41,598 bases of DNA from positions 1 to 41,598 of the IMG/VR virus record IMGVR_UViG_3300000948_000002; one strand, 5' to 3'. The stretch is from a virus. The position numbers and the translations under genes are program-made. A model generated the notes under the pieces. That model saw only the letters and a list, made by a program, of their open reading frames with translations, ran no database searches and had not been told where the DNA came from. Below, in pieces: positions 27,349-36,548 of the stretch. Within the stretch, counting starts at the first letter, position 1, and every line of letters starts with the position of its first letter.

Positions 27349-27537
27349 ATGCGCCCCTTTGCTAGTAAAAATCATTTAGAGAAATGCCGTCAGTTAGTAG
27401 CCGACGGAAAAATGTCTCAAGAATACTTTGATCAAATATTGGAAGTTACGGATGTTTCGAAACTTCCCGAACAATCTGACTACCAGCCAAGGGGTCGCAT
27501 AAGGGGTTATAGACGTGAGAGAAAAGAAGCCAAATAA
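27349..27537 (+). CDS. Hypothetical protein (62 aa)
   Basis: This is a track ORF with a basic C-terminus. Confidence 0.4.
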   Translation: MRPFASKNHLEKCRQLVADGKMSQEYFDQILEVTDVSKLPEQSDYQPRGRIRGYRRERKEAK

Positions 27538-27754
27538 AGTACCGTGTCATACATACGTGAAGCCGGTTAACAAAAGATGGTTATCCAAAAAATCGGAAAC
27601 ATCAGGGCACACTATGTCTGCAATAATTGACATTATGCTTGAATCTTTTAGACGAAATAAAGAGTTTGTACTAACTGATTCAACCAAAATGAAGACGGTG
27701 CAAAAAGTCGATAAGCGTAAAAAAGCACTACAAAAAAGGCGAGACACATATTAG
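27515..27754 (+). CDS. Small basic DNA-binding-like protein (possible ribbon-helix-helix), 79 aa
   Basis: The pattern TYVKPVNKRWLSKKSETSGHTMSAIIDIMLESF is compatible with a beta-strand followed by two helices. The GTG start is not well supported. The 3' end overlaps the open polymerase frame. Confidence 0.4.
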   Translation: MREKKPNKVPCHTYVKPVNKRWLSKKSETSGHTMSAIIDIMLESFRRNKEFVLTDSTKMKTVQKVDKRKKALQKRRDTY

Positions 27755-27768
27755 TCACTCTTGAAAAC

Positions 27769-29499
27769 ATTGACGACTGCCTACAGTCTATTTCTGAGTC
27801 ATCTTTTGTAGCTATTGACACAGAGACTACTGGGCTAGATTTATGGGGTAAAGACGAGTTATTTTCTATTGCTATAACTACCGATAAAGATAAGTCTTAT
27901 TATTTTAATTTTTTTAGTTATAATGAAAGTGCTAGAGATAGCACCGTTTTGCCACGGGGTAGCGTAGCGTGTAAACTACACGATACGCTATTTCAGCATG
28001 GGGGCCGGGCAGTCTTCATGCACAATGCTAAATTTGATCTCGCCTACCTTGAGAAGTTTGGGATATCTTTTCACGAGTCAAAGGTCATCTGGTGTACTAT
28101 GTCCATAGTACGTTTGCATGATAACGAAACCTTGGCAGGGCAGTTTTCTCTGGCATCTCAAGCTAGTTTAATTGGGCAATCTAAAGATACCACCGTTGAT
28201 AAATGGTTGTCCGATAATAAAAGAGATACTTACGTAAGTGTACCTTTTCATATTATGCGAGACTACGCTACTAAGGATTCAGAGCTATGCTTTGATATTG
28301 GTATCGGCCAATTTGAAAAAATGATTAATGGTACAGGAAGTACACCTTCATTATACCTACAAGAAAATAGACTCACAAGAGTTTTATATGACATTGAAAA
28401 AACGGGCGTTTTAGTAGATGTTAAGTATTGTAGCGAAGCCGTGGATTCAGGGACTAAAAGTCTTGAACAACAAAAGAACAAATTCCAAGAAAAAACTGGA
28501 CATGAGTTTAAAAAGTCTAACAAACTTTTTGCTGATGTTTTTAAAGACATTAAAGACCAATGGGTATACACCGCCAAAGGACAACCCAGTTTTAAAAAAG
28601 AAGTTCTCGAAAAACTAAAACACCCGGTTGCTGACATAATTAGAAAATTTTCAAACGCTAAAAGTAAACTAGATTTTTTTAACGGCTTCTTATCTCTTAG
28701 TGACGACAACAATATACTTCATACAAATTTTAATTCACACGGTACTCGTACTGGACGTTTCTCTAGTACAAAGCCGAACCTACAAAATTTAAAACGCACA
28801 GATAAAAAAGAGCGCTACTCTGTTCGCCGGGCAATAATACCAAGAGAAGGTAATTACTTTGCCATGATCGACTATCAGCAAATGGAGTACAGACTAGTTT
28901 TAGACCTATGCGACTCGTCTCTAATACCCAAGGTTTTAGGCGGTTTGGACGTACACACAGCTACCGCTGAGATAGCCGGAGTTAGCCGAGATACTGCCAA
29001 AACCGTGAACTTTCTAACTCTATACGGCGGCGGTATTTCGAAACTTTCCGGCGATTTAGGCGTATCTTATGATAAGGCCAAAGCTATCCAAGCTTCGATT
29101 CTAAGTGCCAACCCCGAACTAAAAAAATATATAGCAAAATGTAAACGCCAAGCAGAGACCCAAAAGAGCCTAGTTAACTGCATGGGTCGCTACTATGACT
29201 TTAGCAATCAATCGTCTCACAGAGCCTTGAACACCTTGGTACAAGGGGGCTGTGCGGATATCATCAAAAAGGCAATGGTTGATATACACGAGTATTTACG
29301 TGATTACAAAACCAGAATGGTTCTAACCATTCACGATGAAATTGTCTTCGAGTTTCCAAAAGATGAAAAACACATAATAGAAGAATGCGCTAAACTCATG
29401 GTTAACGCCTACAAACATAGCAAGCTACCTATGGGCGTTGATATAGAATGGTCTGACAAATCACTAGCTGACAAACGACCGTGGAGTGAGTTAGTATGA
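27769..29499 (+). CDS. Family A DNA polymerase with 3'-5' exonuclease domain (5' boundary unresolved)
   Basis: Exonuclease motifs are Exo I AIDTETTG, Exo II HNAKFDL and Exo III YATKD. Polymerase motif A is DYQQMEYRL, motif B is RDTAKTVNFLTLYGG and motif C is LTIHDEIVFE. The frame is open from 27721. The first ATG/GTG/TTG is TTG 27949, downstream of Exo I. ATT 27769 is given only as a nominal start. Confidence 0.85.
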   Translation: MDDCLQSISESSFVAIDTETTGLDLWGKDELFSIAITTDKDKSYYFNFFSYNESARDSTVLPRGSVACKLHDTLFQHGGRAVFMHNAKFDLAYLEKFGISFHESKVIWCTMSIVRLHDNETLAGQFSLASQASLIGQSKDTTVDKWLSDNKRDTYVSVPFHIMRDYATKDSELCFDIGIGQFEKMINGTGSTPSLYLQENRLTRVLYDIEKTGVLVDVKYCSEAVDSGTKSLEQQKNKFQEKTGHEFKKSNKLFADVFKDIKDQWVYTAKGQPSFKKEVLEKLKHPVADIIRKFSNAKSKLDFFNGFLSLSDDNNILHTNFNSHGTRTGRFSSTKPNLQNLKRTDKKERYSVRRAIIPREGNYFAMIDYQQMEYRLVLDLCDSSLIPKVLGGLDVHTATAEIAGVSRDTAKTVNFLTLYGGGISKLSGDLGVSYDKAKAIQASILSANPELKKYIAKCKRQAETQKSLVNCMGRYYDFSNQSSHRALNTLVQGGCADIIKKAMVDIHEYLRDYKTRMVLTIHDEIVFEFPKDEKHIIEECAKLMVNAYKHSKLPMGVDIEWSDKSLADKRPWSELV

Positions 29500-29502
29500 G
29501 AC

Positions 29503-29835
29503 ATGGCTCAAAAACCGGAAACAGTCTTTAAACAAAGGATAATGCCTTTTCTGAAAAGGCTACCTAAAACGTGGGTAGTCAAGGTTCAGCAGGTATCTAT
29601 TCGTGGTACCCCAGACATATTAATGTGTGTGAATGGTGTGTTTGTAGCCCTTGAATTAAAGACAATTGTTGGTAAAGTAGATCAACTACAACAGTATACT
29701 ATAGACAAAATTAATAGATGCGGCGGATATGCTTTTATAGTTGACCCAAGTAATTGGGAGCGGATACACGAGTTTTTAAAATATTTATCAGAGAAATCTA
29801 CTTCTCGAATAGACACAAACGGAGTTATGTTATGA
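29503..29835 (+). CDS. VRR-NUC / PD-(D/E)xK nuclease (110 aa)
   Basis: It contains GTPDILMCVNGVFVALELK (D...ExK) followed by Q (DQLQQY), as in VRR-NUC domains. Confidence 0.65.
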   Translation: MAQKPETVFKQRIMPFLKRLPKTWVVKVQQVSIRGTPDILMCVNGVFVALELKTIVGKVDQLQQYTIDKINRCGGYAFIVDPSNWERIHEFLKYLSEKSTSRIDTNGVML

Positions 29836-30203
29836 GTTTTGATTTACAGTACCATCAATTTGTTTCGCCAGATTTTAACAATGCCTTTAAGCAAATCTAC
29901 ACTTGCAGAGACTTAGGACTACAAACAGCCTACTCTGTTCGTGAGTTAGCAAAAGCACTAGATATGGGCACTAAAAAATTCGACGAGAAAAGACAAGACA
30001 TATATAAAGTTGTCGAGAAAATGGAGCAAAAGGATGCCGAGGAATTTTTCAGAAAAGAGATGACAGCCTTCGGCAATAAAAAAATTACAGTTAAAGCCAA
30101 AAAGATTTCTCTACGTTCACTAGAAAACATCAAACTAAGTGGTTTTGATTTAGACCTACTAGAGCCAGTAATAAACGACGATGTATTAAGGGTGGTTGAC
30201 TAA
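29832..30203 (+). CDS. Hypothetical protein (123 aa)
   Basis: ATG 29832 overlaps the VRR-NUC stop (ATGA) and has a GGAG upstream. The track ORF 29754.. is an upstream in-frame extension. Confidence 0.5.
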   Translation: MSFDLQYHQFVSPDFNNAFKQIYTCRDLGLQTAYSVRELAKALDMGTKKFDEKRQDIYKVVEKMEQKDAEEFFRKEMTAFGNKKITVKAKKISLRSLENIKLSGFDLDLLEPVINDDVLRVVD

Positions 30204-30562
30204 TGCCAAGCACTATTACAATGGACATAGTTACACTGGCACTAACCGGAGTGGCCGTACCTATTATCGTCTACTTCATATTGGACTTTAAAAAGCGCAT
30301 TGAAAAGGCCCTGCTTAACACATCCGAACAGCTAAGGATTCACTCTGAGAATATGGGCAAAGCCAAAAAAGCTATTCATGGTGATATGCTTAAAGTACAA
30401 GAGAATTTACTTGTCACTGAAGAACGCCTATTCATGCAATTTAAAGAGATGAAAACAGAGATACACAGCCTACAATTAAGCCTTGATAGCCATGTTGCTA
30501 AAATGGAGATTGAGTCAATGAAAAGGTCAGTAAGTCCAAGCGAAGACTTACCACCCAAGTAA
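30203..30562 (+). CDS. Membrane-anchored coiled-coil protein (119 aa)
   Basis: The N-terminal TM segment is IVTLALTGVAVPIIVYFIL. The remainder is helical. It is the last gene of the plus arm. Confidence 0.5.
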   Translation: MPSTITMDIVTLALTGVAVPIIVYFILDFKKRIEKALLNTSEQLRIHSENMGKAKKAIHGDMLKVQENLLVTEERLFMQFKEMKTEIHSLQLSLDSHVAKMEIESMKRSVSPSEDLPPK

Positions 30563-32425
30563 TTATCTGTTTTCTTCCAGTAGTTGTTCTAACCACGGGT
30601 CTAGCTGCGATAATCCACCTCTAGCCGCCGCCGGTGCCGCCGCCGGGAATAAACTAAAACTGTTTTTCATTGGCGCTTGCAATAGACGATTAGTCTGCAT
30701 AGCCTTTTTTATCACCCCGTCTGATAATCCAATTTGACCGGCACCTCTTAGTGCTCCGAACAAGTCACCAAGAATTGTTTTAGATGTTGACGTTGTACCG
30801 CCTCGACTTACTGGCAACCAACTAGGGTTAGCAAAATATTTTAATGCTTGATACTGATCAGCCATTGACTGAATATCAACGTCAAAAACGTCCTCGACAT
30901 TTGATATATCATCAAGTCTACTTGAGCGTGCCTTTGAGTTTAGATTCGACATAGTTGATTCGAGTGTGTTCTTGTTAGCATTTTTACCCCCGGCCACTTC
31001 TCTGTACCGGGCCTTAGCTGTATATGCATTGGCTGATTGTTGGTTTAAATCGTTGAACAATTTACCTTCAGGGGTATTCTCTAAGGCGTCTTTTATGTTG
31101 GAGTTAGTTTGTTTAAACGCTGCCTTAAGCTCGTTTGCCGCATCGCTTGAGCCTTTAAAGTCGGGGTCTTTATCAACTTTTGTAAGAGTCTTATTTCTAT
31201 CTTTGTACTTACGAATTGCCTTACCGTCAAGCTGGTATCTTTTAGTCCCGTACTTTTCTATTTGTTTTTTAATAGTTTTATAATCTTTATAAGCAGAATC
31301 TTTTTTTGCTGCCTTAAGACCTACCTCTTCTATTAAAGAGTTTACTTCGTTTTCACTCGTTTTAAGCAAGTTATCAAGAGGCTGTTCGGCAACAGTCATA
31401 TCAACTTTGACATTAGGATGCGCCGCTGCTACGTCAAGCTTTTCACCAATATCAGATATCTTAGAGTCGATAGCCTCATTGATTTTTTTGTCATAACTCT
31501 TTATTAGTTTACCAGTAGTTCTTTTATCTTTAGCCGCACGTTTAACTTCGTCCAGATTTTTAGCTGCGTAATTTAAAGCTCCCGGCTCTATGCCAGAAAT
31601 AGTATTAGCGACACCGGGCAACACTTTTTGTGTGATAAAGTCCCGTCCTCGTCCAAGCCCACCACGCTGTGTTTTCATGAAAGCCTCGATAGCCTCTGGT
31701 GTAGCATCTTTACCAAGAGCCTTAAGCGCATGTTTAGCTGTAGCACCCGTACCTAATAGTAACGGTGATGCGCCACCAATAATGCCTTCTCGAAGTAGAG
31801 CCTTACCGCTATAGTCGTCTTCAAAACCTAGTTTTTTTGCAATAGTTTGTCGAACACCCTCAGTAGCTACACTTGTACCAGTACCACCAGCCATAGCTCC
31901 CGGCACAGCTCCTACGCCACCGCCACCAAAAAAACCAAGAATACCACCGCCAAGTGTGCCAAGGGTATCAACAGTACCTTTTACAGCGTCACCGCCGATA
32001 TCGAGTAAATCCTTTGGATCGTCGATTAGGTTAGCTACTTGATCAACAATGCTCCACTTACTACCTAGCATCGGTTTATCTACATAGCGCCAAGTGTCCT
32101 CGTCCGGTCTTTTTATTTGGAGCTTACCCTCTTCACTCATGCGAACGTCATGGTCTGGCATTCTTGTTTTTAAAACACCAAGGCCCGTTTTAGCTTTATC
32201 TCTGATAAGGTTTTTAATACCGGCTCTTAGTCCCGTGCCAACATCAGGGTGATTTTCATGAGCCACACGATCTAATTCAGCAGCAGTAGGTTTGGGGCGT
32301 TGCGCCCTTTTTAGTTTATTATGTTTAGCTTTTATCTCTTCGTCTGTGAGATGTTTATTTTTCTCAGCAAGCTTTTTTTTCATTTCAGCATGTTTAGCTT
32401 TTAACTCTTCAAGGGTCATCTCCAT
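30563..32425 (-). CDS. Putative internal virion / ejection protein (620 aa)
   Basis: It is the last gene of the late arm. It has a Gly-rich hydrophobic block GGILGFFGGGGVGAVPGAMAGGTGTS and charged helical regions. I see no enzymatic motif. Confidence 0.4.
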   Translation of the reverse strand: MEMTLEELKAKHAEMKKKLAEKNKHLTDEEIKAKHNKLKRAQRPKPTAAELDRVAHENHPDVGTGLRAGIKNLIRDKAKTGLGVLKTRMPDHDVRMSEEGKLQIKRPDEDTWRYVDKPMLGSKWSIVDQVANLIDDPKDLLDIGGDAVKGTVDTLGTLGGGILGFFGGGGVGAVPGAMAGGTGTSVATEGVRQTIAKKLGFEDDYSGKALLREGIIGGASPLLLGTGATAKHALKALGKDATPEAIEAFMKTQRGGLGRGRDFITQKVLPGVANTISGIEPGALNYAAKNLDEVKRAAKDKRTTGKLIKSYDKKINEAIDSKISDIGEKLDVAAAHPNVKVDMTVAEQPLDNLLKTSENEVNSLIEEVGLKAAKKDSAYKDYKTIKKQIEKYGTKRYQLDGKAIRKYKDRNKTLTKVDKDPDFKGSSDAANELKAAFKQTNSNIKDALENTPEGKLFNDLNQQSANAYTAKARYREVAGGKNANKNTLESTMSNLNSKARSSRLDDISNVEDVFDVDIQSMADQYQALKYFANPSWLPVSRGGTTSTSKTILGDLFGALRGAGQIGLSDGVIKKAMQTNRLLQAPMKNSFSLFPAAAPAAARGGLSQLDPWLEQLLEENR

Positions 32426-33483
32426 TATAATTGCCCCTCCATTTCAGCTATCTCTTTTAGATAGTCTTCTCGTGTTTTAGGCTCACTATTTTTAGAACTA
32501 CCCTGCCCCTTTTCAAAGTCACCGATATTTTCGATATCGTCAACATCGTCCCAAGCCGAACCACTAGAGGCTCGCATTTTAGACATTTCTTGTTCTCTTA
32601 AAAGAGCCTTTTGTTTCAGTAGTTCTTTTGTATCACCCGGCAAAGGAAAAAACTGTCTCTCAGCTTTAACGTATTCCGACGTACCAATTGCGGCACCGGA
32701 AACATCTCTTAAGTGACCACCTAGAAAATTCTCTTTATAGGTTTGATATAATTTCAAGTCTTCGCTTTTCATTAATTCTGGTGTCCACTTAGCACCACGA
32801 CCAGTATTGAAAGTGCTCCCGAAGTCAAAGCCTTTTTCTAATAACTTCTCAACCCCTTTATTAGCTTTTTGCATCAGTTTACCAAAACCTGCCGATTTAT
32901 ATTGAGCTGCGTTAGCTCTCTTTTCTGTTTTACCAGAGCCTTTTGCGGCCTGCTTCTTACCTAATAGCTCGCTCGTGTTTCTAAACTTTTGTCTTAACAC
33001 CTCCATAGTTTGACCATGTTTGTGATCGGCCAAAGCTTTTTGGTCGCCAAGTCTACTAGTCTTCTCTTTTGGCATGAAGTCATGAAGTGCGTCGAATAAG
33101 TTATTCTGGTCTTTTGATATTGAATTCTGATAACCGATTAGTTGGTTCTCTAAATTATATAATTCACCAGTAGAGTCTTTTTTATTTTTCTTAAGTGCGT
33201 TTCGAATACCAGTAAATTTTCCGGGTTTGTTAAAAAACAAATCGCCAAGAGTGGCTACCGCATCTAAATTGATACCACCTTCTTTTTGTTGAGGCTGTGC
33301 TCTTAATGCGCTGATTCTGTCTTGAATCTCTTTTGCCTTTTGTTGCTTAAACTCGACACCGGCAAACGATTGCTCACTGAGTTTATTTAACATCGTCTGT
33401 ATATCAAAAGGAGCCGCCTGCCTTTCGACACCGGCAGCCTCAAGTAGAGGGGCTGCCAATTCTGCGAGTTTCTTTTTTTCCAT
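32425..33483 (-). CDS. Putative internal virion protein (352 aa)
   Basis: It is K/E/Q-rich and helical, and is coupled to the downstream gene by ATGA. Confidence 0.35.
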   Translation of the reverse strand: MEKKKLAELAAPLLEAAGVERQAAPFDIQTMLNKLSEQSFAGVEFKQQKAKEIQDRISALRAQPQQKEGGINLDAVATLGDLFFNKPGKFTGIRNALKKNKKDSTGELYNLENQLIGYQNSISKDQNNLFDALHDFMPKEKTSRLGDQKALADHKHGQTMEVLRQKFRNTSELLGKKQAAKGSGKTEKRANAAQYKSAGFGKLMQKANKGVEKLLEKGFDFGSTFNTGRGAKWTPELMKSEDLKLYQTYKENFLGGHLRDVSGAAIGTSEYVKAERQFFPLPGDTKELLKQKALLREQEMSKMRASSGSAWDDVDDIENIGDFEKGQGSSKNSEPKTREDYLKEIAEMEGQL

Positions 33484-33493
33484 TACAAACCTC

Positions 33494-33907
33494 TTAAGCG
33501 TAGTTCATTAATTGCAAATAAGGACTATTGCCCTGTTGATTATTCGGCATTACTAGACCTTGCCTTTGTTGACTATTAGGCATGTTAAGTGCCATAGGAG
33601 CCGGTGAACCATCAGCCAAAGCAAAACCCTGTGCGCCTTGAGCCGCACCTGCTGCGCCAGCCGCACCGCCTGCGCCACCTAGAGAACTACCTGCTAACGC
33701 ACCTTGTAATCCGCCCTCAAGCGCACCGCCGAGAATACCACTACCATAATCAGCCGCACCCGGATCGCCTAGACCAGTCCAAGGTGAATACCTAATTGTC
33801 GCAGCACGAGCGATGTTATCAGCTTCACCAATCTTATTCTGACGATGCCCATCATAAGCACCTTTTGCTGCCATACCGCCTGCAACCGCTACCACTACCC
33901 AAGACAT
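33494..33907 (-). CDS. Gly/Ala-rich (glycine-zipper-like) membrane protein (137 aa)
   Basis: It begins MSWVVVAVAGGMAAKGA and contains GGALEGGLQGALAGSSLGGAGGAAGAAGAAQGAQG. Confidence 0.5.
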   Translation of the reverse strand: MSWVVVAVAGGMAAKGAYDGHRQNKIGEADNIARAATIRYSPWTGLGDPGAADYGSGILGGALEGGLQGALAGSSLGGAGGAAGAAGAAQGAQGFALADGSPAPMALNMPNSQQRQGLVMPNNQQGNSPYLQLMNYA

Positions 33908-34359
33908 ACGTCCTCCTTTTTTAACTCTTCGATTTGTTTGATTTCACTATCACTCAAACCTACAACGTCGTCATAAGTTTTTGCTATAAATTGTTCTTCA
34001 ATTTTTTCTACGTTTGTCTCGTCGGTGCCATGTACTGTTACCCAAGTGGCGTCTTCGTGAACGTAGATCACTCTTTTTATTCCGGGCTTTGAAGAGACGA
34101 CGTAAGGTGCTTTTAATCTTTTCGTACCGTCCTCTGTTAGTAGAGATATTTCACCCCCTGCTAGAATGTTAAGACTACTATGCTTATGTATCTTACCGAT
34201 AACAACCGTGCCTTTAGGCATTAGTATTTCACGCCCATATATGTCTTTAGAAAAATGGTGAGTCAAAGGTATATCTACTTGAGGTAGTTCAGCCATAGCC
34301 TCTTGGAATTCCAGTAAGCCAGTACGGACAGACTCTTGCCTTGTCATTATCTTACTCAA
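33895..34359 (-). CDS. Hypothetical protein, possibly cupin-like beta-barrel (154 aa)
   Basis: The segment THHFSKDIYGREILMPKGTVVIGKIHKH...NILAGGEISL is loosely compatible with cupin motifs. This call is weak. Confidence 0.3.
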   Translation of the reverse strand: MSKIMTRQESVRTGLLEFQEAMAELPQVDIPLTHHFSKDIYGREILMPKGTVVIGKIHKHSSLNILAGGEISLLTEDGTKRLKAPYVVSSKPGIKRVIYVHEDATWVTVHGTDETNVEKIEEQFIAKTYDDVVGLSDSEIKQIEELKKEDVCLG

Positions 34360-34780
34360 AACTAACCTCTCTCATAAACTCTACAAGAACTGTTTCACCC
34401 ACAGCTTTTGTACCGATTATTTTCATACCGCAAGCCAAAGCTATTTTTAGCATCGGTATATTGTCGTTTGCCACACACATCAGAACCCTCGTCCATTTCT
34501 TTTGTTCGTCGATCCACTCATGCATTTTACGATATATAGGCAGAGTAGCAGTAGTTTTTCTTTTATGTGCGAAAATACCACCATACTGTATATAGATAGT
34601 ATTCGCATCAAGTTCTATAAAACTTGACCAACCGCACGGCTTACCATCACACATACCTAAAACAGCGAAGTTACTACGATCAACATCGGGGTCACGTGCT
34701 TGCAAAAACACAGAATCGTGAGCCTTTTTAACAAACTTGCCCCACTGGTCTTTATGAACATATTCAATAGATAAATTCAC
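34352..34780 (-). CDS. GNAT-like N-acetyltransferase-fold protein (142 aa)
   Basis: GTG 34780 has an AGGAG 5 nt upstream and sits directly after the stop of the 239-aa ORF. The C-terminal pattern VANDNIPMLKIALACGMKIIG resembles the GNAT N..a...a.k.GF motif. The preceding YIQYGGIFAHKRKTTATLPIYRKM lies at the position of GNAT motif A but is not canonical. Confidence 0.4.
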   Translation of the reverse strand: MNLSIEYVHKDQWGKFVKKAHDSVFLQARDPDVDRSNFAVLGMCDGKPCGWSSFIELDANTIYIQYGGIFAHKRKTTATLPIYRKMHEWIDEQKKWTRVLMCVANDNIPMLKIALACGMKIIGTKAVGETVLVEFMREVSFE

Positions 34781-34787
34781 ATAACTC

Positions 34788-35507
34788 CTAAAACGGCTTT
34801 TGTTTTGCCCTGCCAGCCTTTTCGGTAGCATCCGCAGTTTGATCCGCAGCCCATGCCTGCATTTGTTGGTTGTAAGCATTTTGCTCAAACTGCCTCTCCA
34901 TTCCTTTTTCCAGAATGGATCTATTAATATTGCTGTCCTGAAGTCCAGACTTGTATTGAGCGTCTGTAAATAATGATTGGTTTAGAGTTTGTAGGTCTTG
35001 TCGGCGGTTACTTTCGTCTTGTACGTCTAGGCCAATACGTTGGTTGAAAGCGTTGTTTCGAACACCTTGACCGGCTAGTAGAGCATTCCGGTTAGCATTT
35101 TCCATTAATCTCTCTGAAGCACCAGAAGAATATCCGCCACCCCTTTGAGCGATTTGGTTCAAACCATGCCCTGCCGTAGCCTGTGATTGAGAAGCCAAAC
35201 TACCAAGCTGTTGGTTAGTATTATAATCTAGTTGTTCGCCCATTAGTTGTCGCCACTTACTTTGTGTTTCCGGGCCTCTTAGACCTTCAGTTTTCAGTTG
35301 GTTCAAGGCGCTACGGTCAAACGAATCCTGAGTCTGATATTGAGATTGTAAAGTGCCATCGGAATTAGCTAGAGACTCCCAAGCAGGTAGCACTGGCCTA
35401 GCCTTATATTGATCAATCGTATTTTGCTGATTTTTTATTTGAGCGTCTTTAAGCTGATTTTGATAATGAGGACTTTGATAGTAATTATTGTTGTTGCCAA
35501 AATACAT
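34788..35507 (-). CDS. Q/N-rich virion protein (239 aa)
   Basis: This is a track ORF with low-complexity N/Q-rich sequence. It lies directly downstream of the adaptor-like gene. Confidence 0.45.
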   Translation of the reverse strand: MYFGNNNNYYQSPHYQNQLKDAQIKNQQNTIDQYKARPVLPAWESLANSDGTLQSQYQTQDSFDRSALNQLKTEGLRGPETQSKWRQLMGEQLDYNTNQQLGSLASQSQATAGHGLNQIAQRGGGYSSGASERLMENANRNALLAGQGVRNNAFNQRIGLDVQDESNRRQDLQTLNQSLFTDAQYKSGLQDSNINRSILEKGMERQFEQNAYNQQMQAWAADQTADATEKAGRAKQKPF

Positions 35508-35516
35508 TAAAAACTC

Positions 35517-36212
35517 CTAGTTGTGTTCTTCGTATGATTCCATGTCCATTTCGATTTCGTTCTCAGCGTCAGGCACCATTGTTGCCAAAGTACCTTGCAT
35601 TAATTTTCGCTGTCTCTCTAAGTACACTTCAGCCTTTTCAGAACCGGGGTGAACTTCCTTATCGTATATTTTTACTTTCACATACGCATATATGAAATTG
35701 TAAAATTCTGGTATGTCACAAATGTCGTCGTCTTCAACTAGGTGGTTCGCTTGTCTTAAATACCACAAGCTTAAAAAAGGCCCTTGCTCACGAGAGCGAG
35801 GCACTAATAATATCTTCGGCTGTCCGGGGATTTCATTAATAAGAAAAAAGCGGTACAGATCACTGACCGCAAAATTACTAGCAATATTCTGTGCTTCGAA
35901 CTTTCGCCAGTCTTGGATTCTTGTAACTGTGTAAACTGATGAATCGTTGTTATAGACTATCCTACGTATTTTATGAGCGTAGATATTATCTGGTAAATCG
36001 TATTCCTCTTGGTTTGGCTCTAGGGTAATCGTCTTACGAGTAAGAAAATAGTCCTCATAAAGTGAGTGTATCTCAGCTTCAGCCTCGTCTATAGCCTCGT
36101 TTATGTATTCTAAAAGCTCACAAGGCCGTACAAAAACTTCCTCTTGTAGATCGACCTCACGCTTAATTTTTTCACGTATTTGTGCTAACGTCCTGTATTT
36201 TTGGCTTGGCAT
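35517..36212 (-). CDS. Hypothetical virion protein, possible head-tail adaptor (231 aa)
   Basis: The pattern ELLEYINEAIDEAEAEI...YDLPDNIY.. resembles adaptor and connector proteins as I recall them. This has not been verified. Confidence 0.25.
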   Translation of the reverse strand: MPSQKYRTLAQIREKIKREVDLQEEVFVRPCELLEYINEAIDEAEAEIHSLYEDYFLTRKTITLEPNQEEYDLPDNIYAHKIRRIVYNNDSSVYTVTRIQDWRKFEAQNIASNFAVSDLYRFFLINEIPGQPKILLVPRSREQGPFLSLWYLRQANHLVEDDDICDIPEFYNFIYAYVKVKIYDKEVHPGSEKAEVYLERQRKLMQGTLATMVPDAENEIEMDMESYEEHN

Positions 36213-36247
36213 CCTTGCCCCCTAAGTCATACATAAATGATATCAAT

Positions 36248-36538
36248 TTAATCAATCAGTGTAACTAAAATATTTACCGTACCACCCGTAGCTGATGCCA
36301 CGAATATCTCAGACATGTCCCATACTTGATCTACACCGTTTATAGAGATATCGCTAATCTCAATGCCTTGTCCCACAGGACTTAGCTGTCTTTCAGGACT
36401 TCCGACCATAACATCAGTTAAACCACTTTCAGGGGTTATAGAGATATCTAAAGCTCGGTGTTCGACTCCAGTCTCTTCAATGCTCATTGGCACGCCTGCC
36501 GCCAAAGTTATATTATACGAATCAATTTTACCTGCCAT
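36248..36538 (-). CDS. Hypothetical small beta-rich protein (96 aa)
   Basis: This is a track ORF that fits tightly between its neighbours. Confidence 0.45.
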   Translation of the reverse strand: MAGKIDSYNITLAAGVPMSIEETGVEHRALDISITPESGLTDVMVGSPERQLSPVGQGIEISDISINGVDQVWDMSEIFVASATGGTVNILVTLID

Positions 36539-36548
36539 TTTTAACTCC

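Noticed and set aside
27752-27754. Stop-codon reassignment (TAG or TGA recoding) as the explanation for the polymerase start problem
   Set aside because: Reading through TAG 27752 in the upstream frame meets another TAG within about 20 codons and never enters the polymerase frame. All other genes terminate normally with TAA, TAG or TGA.
34781-34888. The N-terminal 36 codons of the track ORF 34352..34888
   Set aside because: This segment overlaps the 3' end of the 239-aa gene by 100 nt and translates to basic low-complexity sequence. A GTG at 34780 with an AGGAG 5 nt upstream, directly after the upstream stop, is a much better start.
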